A stretch of 64,000 bases of DNA, taken from the NCBI GenBank assembly GCA_965248435.1, contig OZ252100.1, forward strand, positions 1,792,001-1,856,000, given 5' to 3'. Positions 43,960 through 53,938 of this stretch are shown here, piece after piece (the first letter of the stretch is position 1; the number at the start of each line of letters is the position of its first letter). Origin of the DNA: Candidatus Latescibacterota bacterium. GTDB taxonomy: Bacteria; Latescibacterota; UBA2968; GCA-2709665. The translations under genes were made by a program, and so were the position numbers. The notes beneath the pieces were generated by a model, which was given only the letters and a program-made list of their open reading frames with translations, made no database searches and was not told the DNA's origin.

Positions 43960-44918
43960 GCGCCTTCTCCATCAAGTCGCCAGAGTGGCGTGCTTAGATA
44001 TTTTTCGCCACTGTCAGGAAACAGGGTGACAACGACACCGGACTCCGCTTCCTCCGCCACCCGAATTGCCCCAACAAGCGCAGCCCCGGAGGATTGTCCA
44101 GCCAGGATGCCCATCTCCCTCGTTAGAATGCGAACCGCCTCGTACGCCTCTTCGGTCTCCACCCGAATCTTGTTATCGTATCTCTTGGCGTCGTAGATCC
44201 CTGGAACGATCGAAACATCCATATTCTTCAAGCCCTCAATGCCGTGGAACTCTGGGGGCTCAACGGCAACGATCTGAATCTCAGGATTCAACTCCTTCAA
44301 GCGCCGCCCGGTGCCCATGACCGTTCCGCTCGTACCCAAGGTGGCCACAAAATGGGTGATCCGTCCATTCGTCTGTTCCCAGATCTCGGACGCGGTGTGT
44401 AGGTAGTGTGCTTTGGGGTTTGAAGGATTGTTATACTGGTCCGGCTTGAAATACACGCCAGGATTCTGATCCACGATCTCTCGGCATTTCAAGATCGCCC
44501 CGTCTGATCCTTCGACTGGATCGCTCAAATCAAGATCCGCGCCGAAGGAATGAATAACGTGCCGCCGCTCCATACTCACGCTCTCAGGCATCACTAATTC
44601 CACTCTGTAGCCGAGTGCCGCGCCGATCATCGCATACGCGATTCCCGTGTTCCCCGACGTGGAGTCTATGATGATCTTTTCGGGCGTTAGATCGCCCGAG
44701 GCCTCGGCATCCCGGATCATCTGAAGGGCAGGCCGATCCTTCACAGAACCACCGGGGTTGAACATTTCCAATTTCGCGTAAAGCTCAACGTCCCGAAGAT
44801 GATCCACCAGCTTTCGGATCCTGAGCAGAGGGGTATTCCCGATCTCTTCCAGGATCGAAGATTTGATGGAAAATCCACTTCCGAGCTCGGTTTTTGCCTC
44901 GAGGTTCAATACGTTCAT
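43956..44918 (-). CDS. cysM: PLP-dependent cysteine synthase, CysM-like
   Basis: IGNTPL, KLEMFNPGGSVKDR, STSGNTG, DQYNNPSN, LGTSGT, DSGEKYLS. Start at ATG 44918 or GTG/TTG 44939. Confidence 0.8.
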   Translation of the reverse strand: MNVLNLEAKTELGSGFSIKSSILEEIGNTPLLRIRKLVDHLRDVELYAKLEMFNPGGSVKDRPALQMIRDAEASGDLTPEKIIIDSTSGNTGIAYAMIGAALGYRVELVMPESVSMERRHVIHSFGADLDLSDPVEGSDGAILKCREIVDQNPGVYFKPDQYNNPSNPKAHYLHTASEIWEQTNGRITHFVATLGTSGTVMGTGRRLKELNPEIQIVAVEPPEFHGIEGLKNMDVSIVPGIYDAKRYDNKIRVETEEAYEAVRILTREMGILAGQSSGAALVGAIRVAEEAESGVVVTLFPDSGEKYLSTPLWRLDGEGA

Positions 44919-44995
44919 AGGCTGAAGTCTTGGTTCCAACCGCAGTGGACCTACAAAAATGGCCCCATAAAGGGACCATTTTTGGACTGTGTATT

Positions 44996-45029
44996 ACAAT
45001 ATGATTTATGACCAATCTTGTCAAGAATC
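44996..45029 (-). promoter_or_regulatory. sigma70 promoter of the cysM operon overlapped by an Rrf2-like inverted repeat
   Basis: Minus strand TTGACA(45024-45019)-17 nt-TATTGT. Overlapping imperfect palindrome GATTTATGAC-N7-GTCAAGAATC. Confidence 0.65.
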
Positions 45030-45082
45030 AAAATCTAGCCGACGTTACCCCCTGGAAGATGATCAAAATTGCAGCAACGCAT

Positions 45083-45823
45083 CTACGCCGACTTCTCCTC
45101 TGTTTCCCCAATCGCAACAAACGAAGTGTGAATCCCGCATTCGTCCTTTGAGGTCCCGACCCATCGACCAGAGCGCTCTTCCCCGCCGGCCACGGCCTTC
45201 TCGGTACAGGGCCAGCAGCCGAGGCTTGAGTATCCTTGATCCATAAGGGGATTATATGGGACCTCGTGCATCAAGATGTAGTCCCACACATCTTTTCGGG
45301 TCCAGCTCGCCATCGGGTTCACCTTCAGTATGTATTCGGCGCTTCCAACCTGGTAGGTTTCCAGAATCCCTGTCCGGCTCCGACTCGACGACTGGTCTCG
45401 CCTGATTCCCGTTATCCACCCATCCAATTCCGTAAGTTTTCGCTGCATCGGCTCGACTTTTCGCATCGCGCAGCACTTTCCCGGATTCCGTCCATACAGC
45501 GCAACCCCGAATGTTTCGTCCTGCTCATCAACGCCCAACTTGGGATGGAGCGTTTCAATCTCAACCGCGTAACGCCGCTCGACGCGCGCCTTTAATTCCA
45601 GGGTTTCCTGAAAAAGATAGCCCGTATCGATCGTAAAAATGGGGAGCTCCGGAACTTCCTTTTGAACGATATCGATCAGTACCATGCCGGTCGCGCCGAA
45701 CGCGGTGCTCATCTCGACCCTGGGGCCCAGATTTTCCCAGGCCCAGCGAACGATCTCACCCGTCGAAACAGTTTCGAACTCTGCCGAGAGGTGTTTCACA
45801 TCCAGACCGGCAAGCCGCTTCAC
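45083..45823 (-). CDS. cysH: APS/PAPS reductase
   Basis: FTIDTGYLF, KCCAMRKVEP, WITGIRRDQS, GCWPCT, ERSGRW, ECGIH. Likely GTG start at 45823. Confidence 0.92.
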   Translation of the reverse strand: MKRLAGLDVKHLSAEFETVSTGEIVRWAWENLGPRVEMSTAFGATGMVLIDIVQKEVPELPIFTIDTGYLFQETLELKARVERRYAVEIETLHPKLGVDEQDETFGVALYGRNPGKCCAMRKVEPMQRKLTELDGWITGIRRDQSSSRSRTGILETYQVGSAEYILKVNPMASWTRKDVWDYILMHEVPYNPLMDQGYSSLGCWPCTEKAVAGGEERSGRWVGTSKDECGIHTSFVAIGETEEKSA

Positions 45824-45824
45824 G

Positions 45825-46376
45825 TCAATTAACTCCCTGCAAACCCTTTGGATCCAAATGTCCCAGTTCAACGAGCCTGTCGAGGATCTTCTGTGCACTC
45901 TCTTCTTCGGTCTCTTCAGCCGTCTTTACAACGACTTCAGCCTGATCAGGAGACTCATAGGGATCATCGATTCCTGTAAACTGCTTGATTTCTCCTGCCC
46001 GAGCCTTGGCATACAGCCCCTTCTTATCTCGCTTCTCACATTCTTCCAAAGGACAGTCGACAAAGACCTCCACAAAATCTCCGATCTCCGCCCGGCACCA
46101 GGCCCGTGTCTCCTTGTACGGGCTGATCGCGGCGGCGATGGCGACCACACCGTTGCGCGTGAGGAGTTTCGCTACCCAACCGATGCGCCTGATGTTGGTA
46201 TCCCGATCCGCCTTCGAAAACCCGAGCCCTTTCGAAAGGTTTGTCCTCACCTCATCTCCGTCCAGGACCTCAACTTTTCGGCCCGTCTGCCTCAGTCTGG
46301 GGGCAATGGCTTCTGCAAGCGTCGACTTGCCTGACCCGGACAGGCCCGTAAACCATACGGTTACTCCACGTCCCAT
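45825..46376 (-). CDS. cysC: Adenylyl-sulfate kinase
   Basis: [38 protein letters not shown] at 46376. Confidence 0.95.
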   Translation of the reverse strand: MGRGVTVWFTGLSGSGKSTLAEAIAPRLRQTGRKVEVLDGDEVRTNLSKGLGFSKADRDTNIRRIGWVAKLLTRNGVVAIAAAISPYKETRAWCRAEIGDFVEVFVDCPLEECEKRDKKGLYAKARAGEIKQFTGIDDPYESPDQAEVVVKTAEETEEESAQKILDRLVELGHLDPKGLQGVN

Positions 46377-46415
46377 AGAATCTTCCTCTATTGATTGTTG
46401 ATTAAGTTGACCAAA

Positions 46416-46444
46416 AAAATAAACAAACATTCTTGCATTGTCAA
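46416..46444 (-). promoter_or_regulatory. sigma70-like promoter of cysCH
   Basis: Minus strand TTGACA-17 nt-TATTTT, adjacent to a GTTGACCAA half-site like the one upstream of cysM. Confidence 0.5.
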
Positions 46445-46726
46445 GTCCACGATTTCCGTGCTTCGGGAAAATGAATACAACATATTGTATTATAACAGTT
46501 TATGTAATAACATCCCCATAAAGAGAGGTTATAACTACCTTGACTTCAATAAAGATTGTTGTCATATTAGACACGACGAGGGGTGGCGGATCAAGTTCGG
46601 TCAGGTTTTCGACCGCAAACCTTATTAAGGCACAAAAAAGGCCCGATGCTTCCGCAATCAGGGCCGTTATTTTTTTCTCCAGAACTCATAGAAGCTGGCG
46701 TCGGACCTTCACGGCACATACAGAAA

Positions 46727-46798
46727 TGAGCCCGGAAGGAATTGAACCTTCGACCAACGGCTTAAAAGGCCGCTGCTCTACCTCTGAGCTACGGGCCC
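46727..46798 (-). tRNA. tRNA-Lys (anticodon UUU)
   Basis: Reverse complement GGGCCCGTAGCTCAGAGGTAGAGCAGCGGCCTTTTAAGCCGTTGGTCGAAGGTTCAATTCCTTCCGGGCTCA forms a cloverleaf with loop CTTTTAA; CCA not encoded. Confidence 0.95.
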
Positions 46799-46854
46799 AT
46801 CTCTCTCCCTGCTCAAATGTCGTGATATTGCCACGCCAAGCGAATCGGGATTAG

Positions 46855-46883
46855 AATTTAGAAGTTCGGTCTTTCCCTGTCAA
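46855..46883 (-). promoter_or_regulatory. sigma70 promoter for tRNA-Lys
   Basis: Minus strand TTGACA-17 nt-TAAATT. Confidence 0.6.
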
Positions 46884-46900
46884 GGAAAAGGGCGCTCCTG

Positions 46901-48151
46901 ATGATGCATAGACGAAGAAGACGCGGAGCCCTAAGGTGGATGGCCTGGATCGGTGCTGGGCTGGGCTTGTTGCTCGTCAGCTTTGCCCTGATCCAAATCG
47001 ATGATGTCGTAAGGGGTCAGGGAATCGTAGATCCGGGTCAAAAAATCTACATCGATTCCCCGCTCAAACGTGTCGTCGAAAAGGTCTTCTGCTACCCTGG
47101 AACCCATATCGCTGCCAATCAGCCTGTTGCCCAGCTCTACGACGGCGATCTACGTACTGGCGTTGCGTCGGCAGACAAGGAAGTCCAGCGAGCTCAAGCA
47201 AATCTGGAAGCGGCTCGAGCATTCTTGTCGCTTCTGGAGGAAAGGCCTACGCCAGAGGAGCTCAGGATCGCGGAATCCAAGGTAGAACAGGCAGAAATCA
47301 ACCTGACCGCCAGAAAGCAAGACCTCCAAAGGGCCAAACACCTTTACCTGGGAGAACGCCTGTGGAGCCGGGAAGACATCGAGCGGGCGCGAACCAACCA
47401 CGAACTCGCCCAGGCCGGCCTCAAGCTGGCCGTAGGGACCTATAACCTGGTGAGGAGAGGGGCTTCGCCAGCAGAGTTACGGCAAGCCGAGGCCGAAGTG
47501 CGCCAGACAGAGGCCGCGCTCGACAAGTCCCGGCACAGCCTTGATGCGGCTCGAGAGGAACTCGAGCTGGCTACCCTTAGATCCCCAGTCGATGGCGTTG
47601 TAGCGCGACTGGACCTGCACCCTGGAATGCTTGCCGAACAGGGGCAGATCGTGATGATTATCGCCGGTAATGCACGTGGTCCGGTGATCGATGCGTGGGT
47701 CTCTGAGACCAGTGCCTGGAAAATTCGGCTGGGAAATCGCGTAGAGATCCTGAGCAACCTGTTCACAGATCCTGAGGCCTTCATGGCTTTCGGGGAAATA
47801 TCAAAGTTCTACGGTTACGCGGTTCACGAAGGCGGCTCAAGAAGCTTTGAACTGGGAGTCGGCATCAAGGACACGCCTTTGCCCCTCAAATACGGATCCA
47901 CTGCTGACCTATACATAATAGTTGGCAGGAGAAGCATCCTGAAGATCCTGCTTGGAATCGAGAATCGAAGCGCAATCCAGGACAGCCAAAGTCACGACTA
48001 TCTTGCCCGGCCCGGATCCGGCTCCAAAGGATCCCCTCGAGGGCAGGGCACCGCCGAAGTCGCCTCGCCGTCTCCCTCCGATTCAGGCAAAACCACGGTT
48101 GATTCTGCTGCAACAAGCAGCAGCATTGGAGCGCTGAACGCTCGTCCCTGA
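46901..48151 (+). CDS. HlyD-family periplasmic adaptor (membrane fusion protein)
   Basis: N-terminal TM, IDDVVRGQG, long coiled coil, LRSPVDGVV, PLKYGSTA, low-complexity tail. Confidence 0.85.
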   Translation: MMHRRRRRGALRWMAWIGAGLGLLLVSFALIQIDDVVRGQGIVDPGQKIYIDSPLKRVVEKVFCYPGTHIAANQPVAQLYDGDLRTGVASADKEVQRAQANLEAARAFLSLLEERPTPEELRIAESKVEQAEINLTARKQDLQRAKHLYLGERLWSREDIERARTNHELAQAGLKLAVGTYNLVRRGASPAELRQAEAEVRQTEAALDKSRHSLDAAREELELATLRSPVDGVVARLDLHPGMLAEQGQIVMIIAGNARGPVIDAWVSETSAWKIRLGNRVEILSNLFTDPEAFMAFGEISKFYGYAVHEGGSRSFELGVGIKDTPLPLKYGSTADLYIIVGRRSILKILLGIENRSAIQDSQSHDYLARPGSGSKGSPRGQGTAEVASPSPSDSGKTTVDSAATSSSIGALNARP

Positions 48152-48272
48152 GAGGGCGCTTCGGTCCCACAAAATGCCTTGCCCACGGCTGGGGCTTCCT
48201 TTATATTCGCTTTCTCCTCCACAGTAAATCCATCCGTTGAGTCCCAACTCCAACGATTGAGATGCAGCAAAA

Positions 48273-50945
48273 ATGGCGAAACGAAAACGGAGCAATAAGC
48301 CAGGACAGAAACGAAAACGCTATGCCTATTTCTTTGGGAATGGCGCGGCCGAAGGAGACGGGGGTCTGAAGAACCTGCTCGGCGGCAAGGGGGCCAACCT
48401 GGCAGAGATGTCGCTCATAGGTGTACCGGTCCCTGCAGGTTTCACGATCAGCACCGAGGTTTGCACTTACACCTATCAGCACAACAAGCGATATCCAGCG
48501 GATCTCCAGAGGCAAGTCTCGTTGAACGTTAAGAATGTAGAATCGGCCATGGGCGGAACGTTCGGAGACCCAGAAAACCCACTGCTACTCTCAGTCCGTT
48601 CAGGCGCACGTGTTTCTATGCCGGGAATGATGGAGACCGTTCTAAATCTTGGACTGAACGACGAAATCGCCAGCGGTCTCATTCAAAAATCTGGAAACGA
48701 GCGCTTTGTCTACGACGCCTACAGACGTCTAATCCAGACTTATGGCGATGTCGTAATGGGCGTTCAACCCGAGGCTAAGGAAATCGATCCATTCGAGGCC
48801 GCGATCGAAAATCTCAAGACCCGTCGCGGTATCCACCTTGACTCAGAACTTTCCACGGAAGACCTTCGAGCGCTCGTGGCCAGCTTCAAGAAGATCGTAA
48901 GGCGAAAATCGGGAAGAGACTTTCCTGATGATCCCTTCGAGCAACTCTGGGGTGCGATCGGAGCCGTTTTCTCTTCGTGGAACGGTAGGCGCGCCATCGT
49001 CTACCGAGAAATTCACGGAATTCCGCACGATTGGGGTACGGCCGTGAACGTTCAAGCTATGGTCTTCGGAAACATGGGCCCGGATTGTGCCACCGGAGTT
49101 GCCTTCACGAGGAATCCGTCCACGGGTGAGAAGAAGTTCTACGGCGAGTACCTCGTGAACGCACAAGGAGAGGACGTCGTAGCCGGAGTCCGCACACCTG
49201 AGCCCGTAGCCAAAATGAAAAGATCGCTTCCAAAGGCCTATCAGACCCTGGAGCGAATCTACAAAAAACTGGAGCGACACTTCCGGGACATGCAGGACAT
49301 AGAATTCACCGTTCAAGAGGGTCGACTCTGGATGCTTCAGACACGTACAGGGAAGCGGACAGCCGCCGCCGGTTTGAAGATTGCCGTGGACATGGTCCGC
49401 GAGGGACTTATCAGTAAAAAGAAGGCGATCGCCCGAATCGACCCATCACAACTCGATCAGCTCCTGCATCCTACATTCGATCCCAAGGCCCCGCGCGAAG
49501 TCTTGACCAAAGGCCTGCCGGCTTCTCCTGGAGCTGCGACAGGACAGATCGTCTTTCAAGCCGATGAGGCTGAGGAGTGGGCAGCAAAAAGCAAAGATGT
49601 CATCCTCGTCCGATTGGAAACTTCTCCCGAGGACATCGGAGGCATGAATGCCGCTCGAGGTATCTTAACGGCTCGCGGCGGGATGACTTCGCACGCAGCA
49701 GTAGTCGCGAGAGGAATGGGCAAGTGCTGTGTCGCCGGCTGTGGCGACCTTACGATCGACTATAAGAAGGAATCGATGGTCGTAAATGGCAAAACCGTCA
49801 AGGCGGGAGATTGGATTTCAATCGATGGATCTTCCGGCGAGGTCATGCTCGGCGAAGTGAAAACTCAACAGCCCAGGCTTTCGGGAAACTTCACGACCAT
49901 CATGCGGTGGGCGGACAGCATTCGGAAACTAAGAGTGCGTGCAAATGCAGACACGCCGCACGATTCTGAGGTCGCTCGGAAATTCGGGGCCGAAGGAATC
50001 GGTCTCTGCCGAACGGAACATATGTTCTTCGAAGGAGATCGGATTTTGGCCGTAAGGGAAATGATTCTCGCAGATGACGAAGCGGGGCGCCGAAAAGCCC
50101 TTGAAAAACTGCTGCCAATCCAGCAGGCGGATTTCGAAGGGATTTTCAAAGCGATGAAGGGACTCCCGGTTACCATCCGTCTGCTCGACCCCCCCCTTCA
50201 CGAATTCCTTCCCCACGAACGGGACCAGCAAAGAGAAATGGCTGGCCAGATGGGCGTGTCCCAAAAGCGGATAGAAGAGAAGGTCGCGGCGCTCGAAGAG
50301 TTCAATCCGATGCTGGGACACCGTGGGTGCCGCTTGGGCATAACCTACCCTGAAATCTACGAAATGCAGGTCCGTGCAATCTTCCTGGCGGCCGCGAAGG
50401 TCAGAAAGAGGCGGATCAGAGCTATCCCCGAAGTGATGATCCCGCTCGTGGGTACGGTGAAGGAATTCACCCAGCTCGCAGACATGGTCAGACAGATCGG
50501 CACTCAGGTCATGAAAGAAGAGAAGGTCAAGATCTCGTATTTGGTGGGCACAATGATCGAGGTCCCCAGGGCAGCGCTGGTAGCCGATAAGATCGCAGAG
50601 TCGGCAGAATTTTTCAGCTTTGGCACAAACGACCTTACTCAGATGACATTTGGCTACTCCAGAGACGATGCAGGTAAATTTCTACCTGATTATCTGGAGC
50701 AGGGCATCCTGGATTGTGACCCCTTTCAAAGCCTCGATCAGGAGGGCGTTGGTCAACTCGTTCAAATGGGCACCGAAGCTGGGCGAAGCACAAGGAGAGA
50801 TCTCAAAGTCGGCATCTGCGGTGAACACGGCGGAGATCCAGCTTCGGTCGTGTTCTGCCATCGAACAGGAATGGATTATGTTTCGTGTTCTCCGTTTCGC
50901 GTACCCATTGCGCGCCTGGCAGCGGCACAGGCCGCCGTCGAATAA
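48273..50945 (+). CDS. ppdK: Pyruvate, phosphate dikinase
   Basis: LLGGKGANLAEM, SVRSGARVSMPGMM, GGMTSHAAVVARG, GLCRTEHMF, GICGEHGG. Confidence 0.97.
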   Translation: MAKRKRSNKPGQKRKRYAYFFGNGAAEGDGGLKNLLGGKGANLAEMSLIGVPVPAGFTISTEVCTYTYQHNKRYPADLQRQVSLNVKNVESAMGGTFGDPENPLLLSVRSGARVSMPGMMETVLNLGLNDEIASGLIQKSGNERFVYDAYRRLIQTYGDVVMGVQPEAKEIDPFEAAIENLKTRRGIHLDSELSTEDLRALVASFKKIVRRKSGRDFPDDPFEQLWGAIGAVFSSWNGRRAIVYREIHGIPHDWGTAVNVQAMVFGNMGPDCATGVAFTRNPSTGEKKFYGEYLVNAQGEDVVAGVRTPEPVAKMKRSLPKAYQTLERIYKKLERHFRDMQDIEFTVQEGRLWMLQTRTGKRTAAAGLKIAVDMVREGLISKKKAIARIDPSQLDQLLHPTFDPKAPREVLTKGLPASPGAATGQIVFQADEAEEWAAKSKDVILVRLETSPEDIGGMNAARGILTARGGMTSHAAVVARGMGKCCVAGCGDLTIDYKKESMVVNGKTVKAGDWISIDGSSGEVMLGEVKTQQPRLSGNFTTIMRWADSIRKLRVRANADTPHDSEVARKFGAEGIGLCRTEHMFFEGDRILAVREMILADDEAGRRKALEKLLPIQQADFEGIFKAMKGLPVTIRLLDPPLHEFLPHERDQQREMAGQMGVSQKRIEEKVAALEEFNPMLGHRGCRLGITYPEIYEMQVRAIFLAAAKVRKRRIRAIPEVMIPLVGTVKEFTQLADMVRQIGTQVMKEEKVKISYLVGTMIEVPRAALVADKIAESAEFFSFGTNDLTQMTFGYSRDDAGKFLPDYLEQGILDCDPFQSLDQEGVGQLVQMGTEAGRSTRRDLKVGICGEHGGDPASVVFCHRTGMDYVSCSPFRVPIARLAAAQAAVE

Positions 50946-51060
50946 CATTCGGCGATCCGTATGACTCGCACAACGTGGTTGCTCGCAGCTTGATTCCAGT
51001 AGGTTGCCCTATTACAATCTGGCTTATGCCCGAGTCACAATGCATTTGAAGCACGACGTA

Positions 51061-51822
51061 ATGTCTAAGGTCATTGCCATCGCCAATCAGAAGGGAGGTG
51101 TGGGTAAAACCACGACTGCGGTTAACCTTTCTGCATGTCTGGCAGCTGCCGAGAAGAAGACGTTACTCGTAGATATGGATCCGCAGGCCAACGCGACCAG
51201 CGCTTGCGGGGTTTCATTAGAAGACCAGGTTCCTTGTATCTATGAAGTGCTGGTCGATGAACTGCCTTTGTCAGAGATCGTTCAGGAAACGGAGGTGCCC
51301 TACCTAAGCCTGGCCCCCTCTCACGTCCGCCTCACAGGCGCCGAAGTCGAAGTCGTCAGCATGATGTCAAGGGAACGCCTCCTCCACGCCGCCTTGGCGC
51401 CCATCCGTGAGGAGTACGACTACATCCTGATAGACTGTCCGCCCTCCCTTGGACTCCTGACGATCAACGTACTGACGACTGTGGACGCCATACTCATTCC
51501 GATCCAGTGCGAGTATTTCGCCCTCGAAGGGCTAGGAAAACTCCTGAATACATTGAAGCTTGTGCAGAAGCACCTCAATCCCGATCTCAAGATTGAAGGC
51601 GTGCTCCTTACCATGTTCGACGGCCGGCTCAATCTTTCCCGACAGGTCGCAGACGAAACCAAGGAATACTTCGGAGAGAAGGTTTTTAGGACAGTTATCG
51701 GTCGAAACGTAAAACTTGGAGAAGCTCCGAGTTTTGGAAAACCCATCATCCTCTACGACATCATGTCCAACGGGGCGCAGAACTACATTAACCTGGCCGG
51801 TGAGGTAATCAACCATGGGTAA
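51061..51822 (+). CDS. parA: Chromosome partitioning ATPase ParA/Soj
   Basis: [37 protein letters not shown] at 51061. Confidence 0.95.
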   Translation: MSKVIAIANQKGGVGKTTTAVNLSACLAAAEKKTLLVDMDPQANATSACGVSLEDQVPCIYEVLVDELPLSEIVQETEVPYLSLAPSHVRLTGAEVEVVSMMSRERLLHAALAPIREEYDYILIDCPPSLGLLTINVLTTVDAILIPIQCEYFALEGLGKLLNTLKLVQKHLNPDLKIEGVLLTMFDGRLNLSRQVADETKEYFGEKVFRTVIGRNVKLGEAPSFGKPIILYDIMSNGAQNYINLAGEVINHG

Positions 51823-52711
51823 AAGGAATGCCCTTGGCAAAGGACTCGGGGCGCTCATCCCGGGAGCCGAAGGCGAAACTTCCACGTTTCCTCACGAAGC
51901 CCTCGGCCAGACAGACGTCACAGGGCACAAAATCGTAGAGATCAGTACCTCGGACATCGAACCCAGTCCACACCAACCTCGCATAGAGTTTACCCCCAAA
52001 GCGCTCGATGAGTTGGCCCAGTCGATCGAGGAGAAAGGAATCATCCAGCCGCTCACTGTTCGAAAGTACGGGTCCGGATATCAGCTGATCGCAGGAGAGC
52101 GCCGCCTCCGCGCCGCAAGACAGGCCGGCTTGAAATCTGTACCGGCGATCTTGCTCTCCATCATTACGGACGAAGAGGCGATGGAGATATCTTTAATCGA
52201 AAACATTCAGCGAGAGGATCTCAATGCCATCGAAGAAGCGATGGCCTATCGGACGCTGATGGATGAGTTCCAATTGTCGCAGGAGGAGCTGGCAAAGAAA
52301 GTCGGCAAAGATCGGTCCACAATCTCCAACATGCTTCGACTTCTCAAGCTTTCTCCCGAAGTTCGTAGCGCGCTCGAGAAGGACCAGATCTCTATGGGGC
52401 ACGCGCGCGCGCTTCTCGGAATTCCGGACCAGAAGAATCAGGCCCACCTGTGTCGAAGAATTATCGCCCAGGGGCTGAGCGTACGAAAGACGGAGATCCT
52501 GGTTGCGGCCTCCCAAGAGGGTCGTGCATCGATCCGGAAGCTTCCCGCCAAAACCCCAGATATTCTTGCTGTGGAAGAGGACCTTCAGCGCCAGTTCGGT
52601 ACAGCGGTCAACATTCTACGGAAGGGTCATAGGGGAACGATCGAAATTGAATTCTACAGCGATGATGACCTAGAACGCCTTCTTGACATCCTTAAAGGAA
52701 GTTTCCTCTAG
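51815..52711 (+). CDS. parB: Chromosome partitioning protein ParB/Spo0J
   Basis: [33 protein letters not shown]. Confidence 0.95.
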   Translation: MGKRNALGKGLGALIPGAEGETSTFPHEALGQTDVTGHKIVEISTSDIEPSPHQPRIEFTPKALDELAQSIEEKGIIQPLTVRKYGSGYQLIAGERRLRAARQAGLKSVPAILLSIITDEEAMEISLIENIQREDLNAIEEAMAYRTLMDEFQLSQEELAKKVGKDRSTISNMLRLLKLSPEVRSALEKDQISMGHARALLGIPDQKNQAHLCRRIIAQGLSVRKTEILVAASQEGRASIRKLPAKTPDILAVEEDLQRQFGTAVNILRKGHRGTIEIEFYSDDDLERLLDILKGSFL

Positions 52712-52787
52712 TTTTCCCTCCCAGCACGCCTCGAAGTGCGTCAAACCACCAAAGCTCCATGCCAGACTAGAGACCCCGGGTCTTAAT

Positions 52788-53723
52788 ATGACACGAAATT
52801 TCCTCGGGAAGTTCATGAGAGGGCTTTCCAAGACCAGGGAAGCTGCGCTTGTAAGGATCAGAGACGTGATCCGCCGTGGACCCCAGCTGGATGCTGAGGC
52901 GTTTGACCAACTTGAGGAAGCCCTTATCCAGGCAGATGTTGGGGTTAGCGCGACTGGCCGAATCCTGGAAACGCTCAGATGCCGAGTCCAGAACGCAGGT
53001 ACATCGGGACTGACAGAAGAAATGATATGGAGTATCCTCAGCGAACAGGTGCTGGCAATCCTGAAAGAGTGCAGCAATCCTTCGTCGGACCCGTCCCTCA
53101 GGCAGAAACCGTGGGTTGTCATGGTCGCAGGTGTCAACGGCGTGGGCAAGACAACAACCGTTGGGAAACTGGCGGCGCGCCTGAGATCAGAGAAGAAGAG
53201 AGTGCTGCTGGCCGCCTGTGACACGTTTCGTGCAGCCGGAATCGATCAGCTGCGCGTTTGGGCAGATCGGTGCGGAGCGGATATCGTAGAACACCAGCCC
53301 GGCGCAGATGCGGCGTCAGTCGCCTTCGACGCCATCACGGCGGCCAGGGCCCGCGACTCAGACATGGTCCTTATCGACACTGCCGGACGCCTTCACACAA
53401 AAGTAAACTTGATGGAGGAACTGAAAAAAATTCGGCGCGTACTCGGAAAGGCCCTGGATGGGGCTCCCCACGAAGTGCTGCTCGTGATCGACGCCACGAC
53501 AGGACAAAACGCGGTCGCACAAGCCCGACAGTTTCACCAGGATCTGGGCGTGACAGGCCTGGTATTGGCGAAACTCGATGGCACGGCAAAAGGAGGCGTC
53601 GTGGTCGCGATTGCGGAGGAGCTAGGCCTCCCCCTGCAGATGGTCGGTCTGGGGGAGGAGGCCGATGACCTCGTCGATTTCGACCCGGAATCGTTCGTCG
53701 CGGCCCTCTTCGAAGCCAGCTGA
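52788..53723 (+). CDS. ftsY: Signal recognition particle receptor FtsY
   Basis: GVNGVGKTTT, DTFRAAG, DTAGRLH, KLDGTAKGG. Likely ATG at 52788. Confidence 0.95.
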   Translation: MTRNFLGKFMRGLSKTREAALVRIRDVIRRGPQLDAEAFDQLEEALIQADVGVSATGRILETLRCRVQNAGTSGLTEEMIWSILSEQVLAILKECSNPSSDPSLRQKPWVVMVAGVNGVGKTTTVGKLAARLRSEKKRVLLAACDTFRAAGIDQLRVWADRCGADIVEHQPGADAASVAFDAITAARARDSDMVLIDTAGRLHTKVNLMEELKKIRRVLGKALDGAPHEVLLVIDATTGQNAVAQARQFHQDLGVTGLVLAKLDGTAKGGVVVAIAEELGLPLQMVGLGEEADDLVDFDPESFVAALFEAS

Positions 53724-53938
53724 AGGGTTGCCGACAGCCGTCACCCGGTGCGAAAAAGACCCTCGCAAAGTCCGATGACCTCCCTGCGCGTTCCATCGAC
53801 CCGCGGCCCTGCTTGAGAACCCCACTTCCCATCCCCGACCACGTTGACGTTGCCGTTAAAGTTCGGTATATTGGTGACTTACCAGAGGTGTTCCGGAAGG
53901 ACATACCTTCTTCGCCAGAACTCCGTTCTGAGAAACAA

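Noticed and set aside
46727-46798. tRNA-Lys as an integration site for a genomic island
   Set aside because: No integrase, and I found no duplicated tRNA 3' end in the window.
50946-52790. parS site near parAB
   Set aside because: No TGTTTCACGTGAAACA-like palindrome seen by eye.
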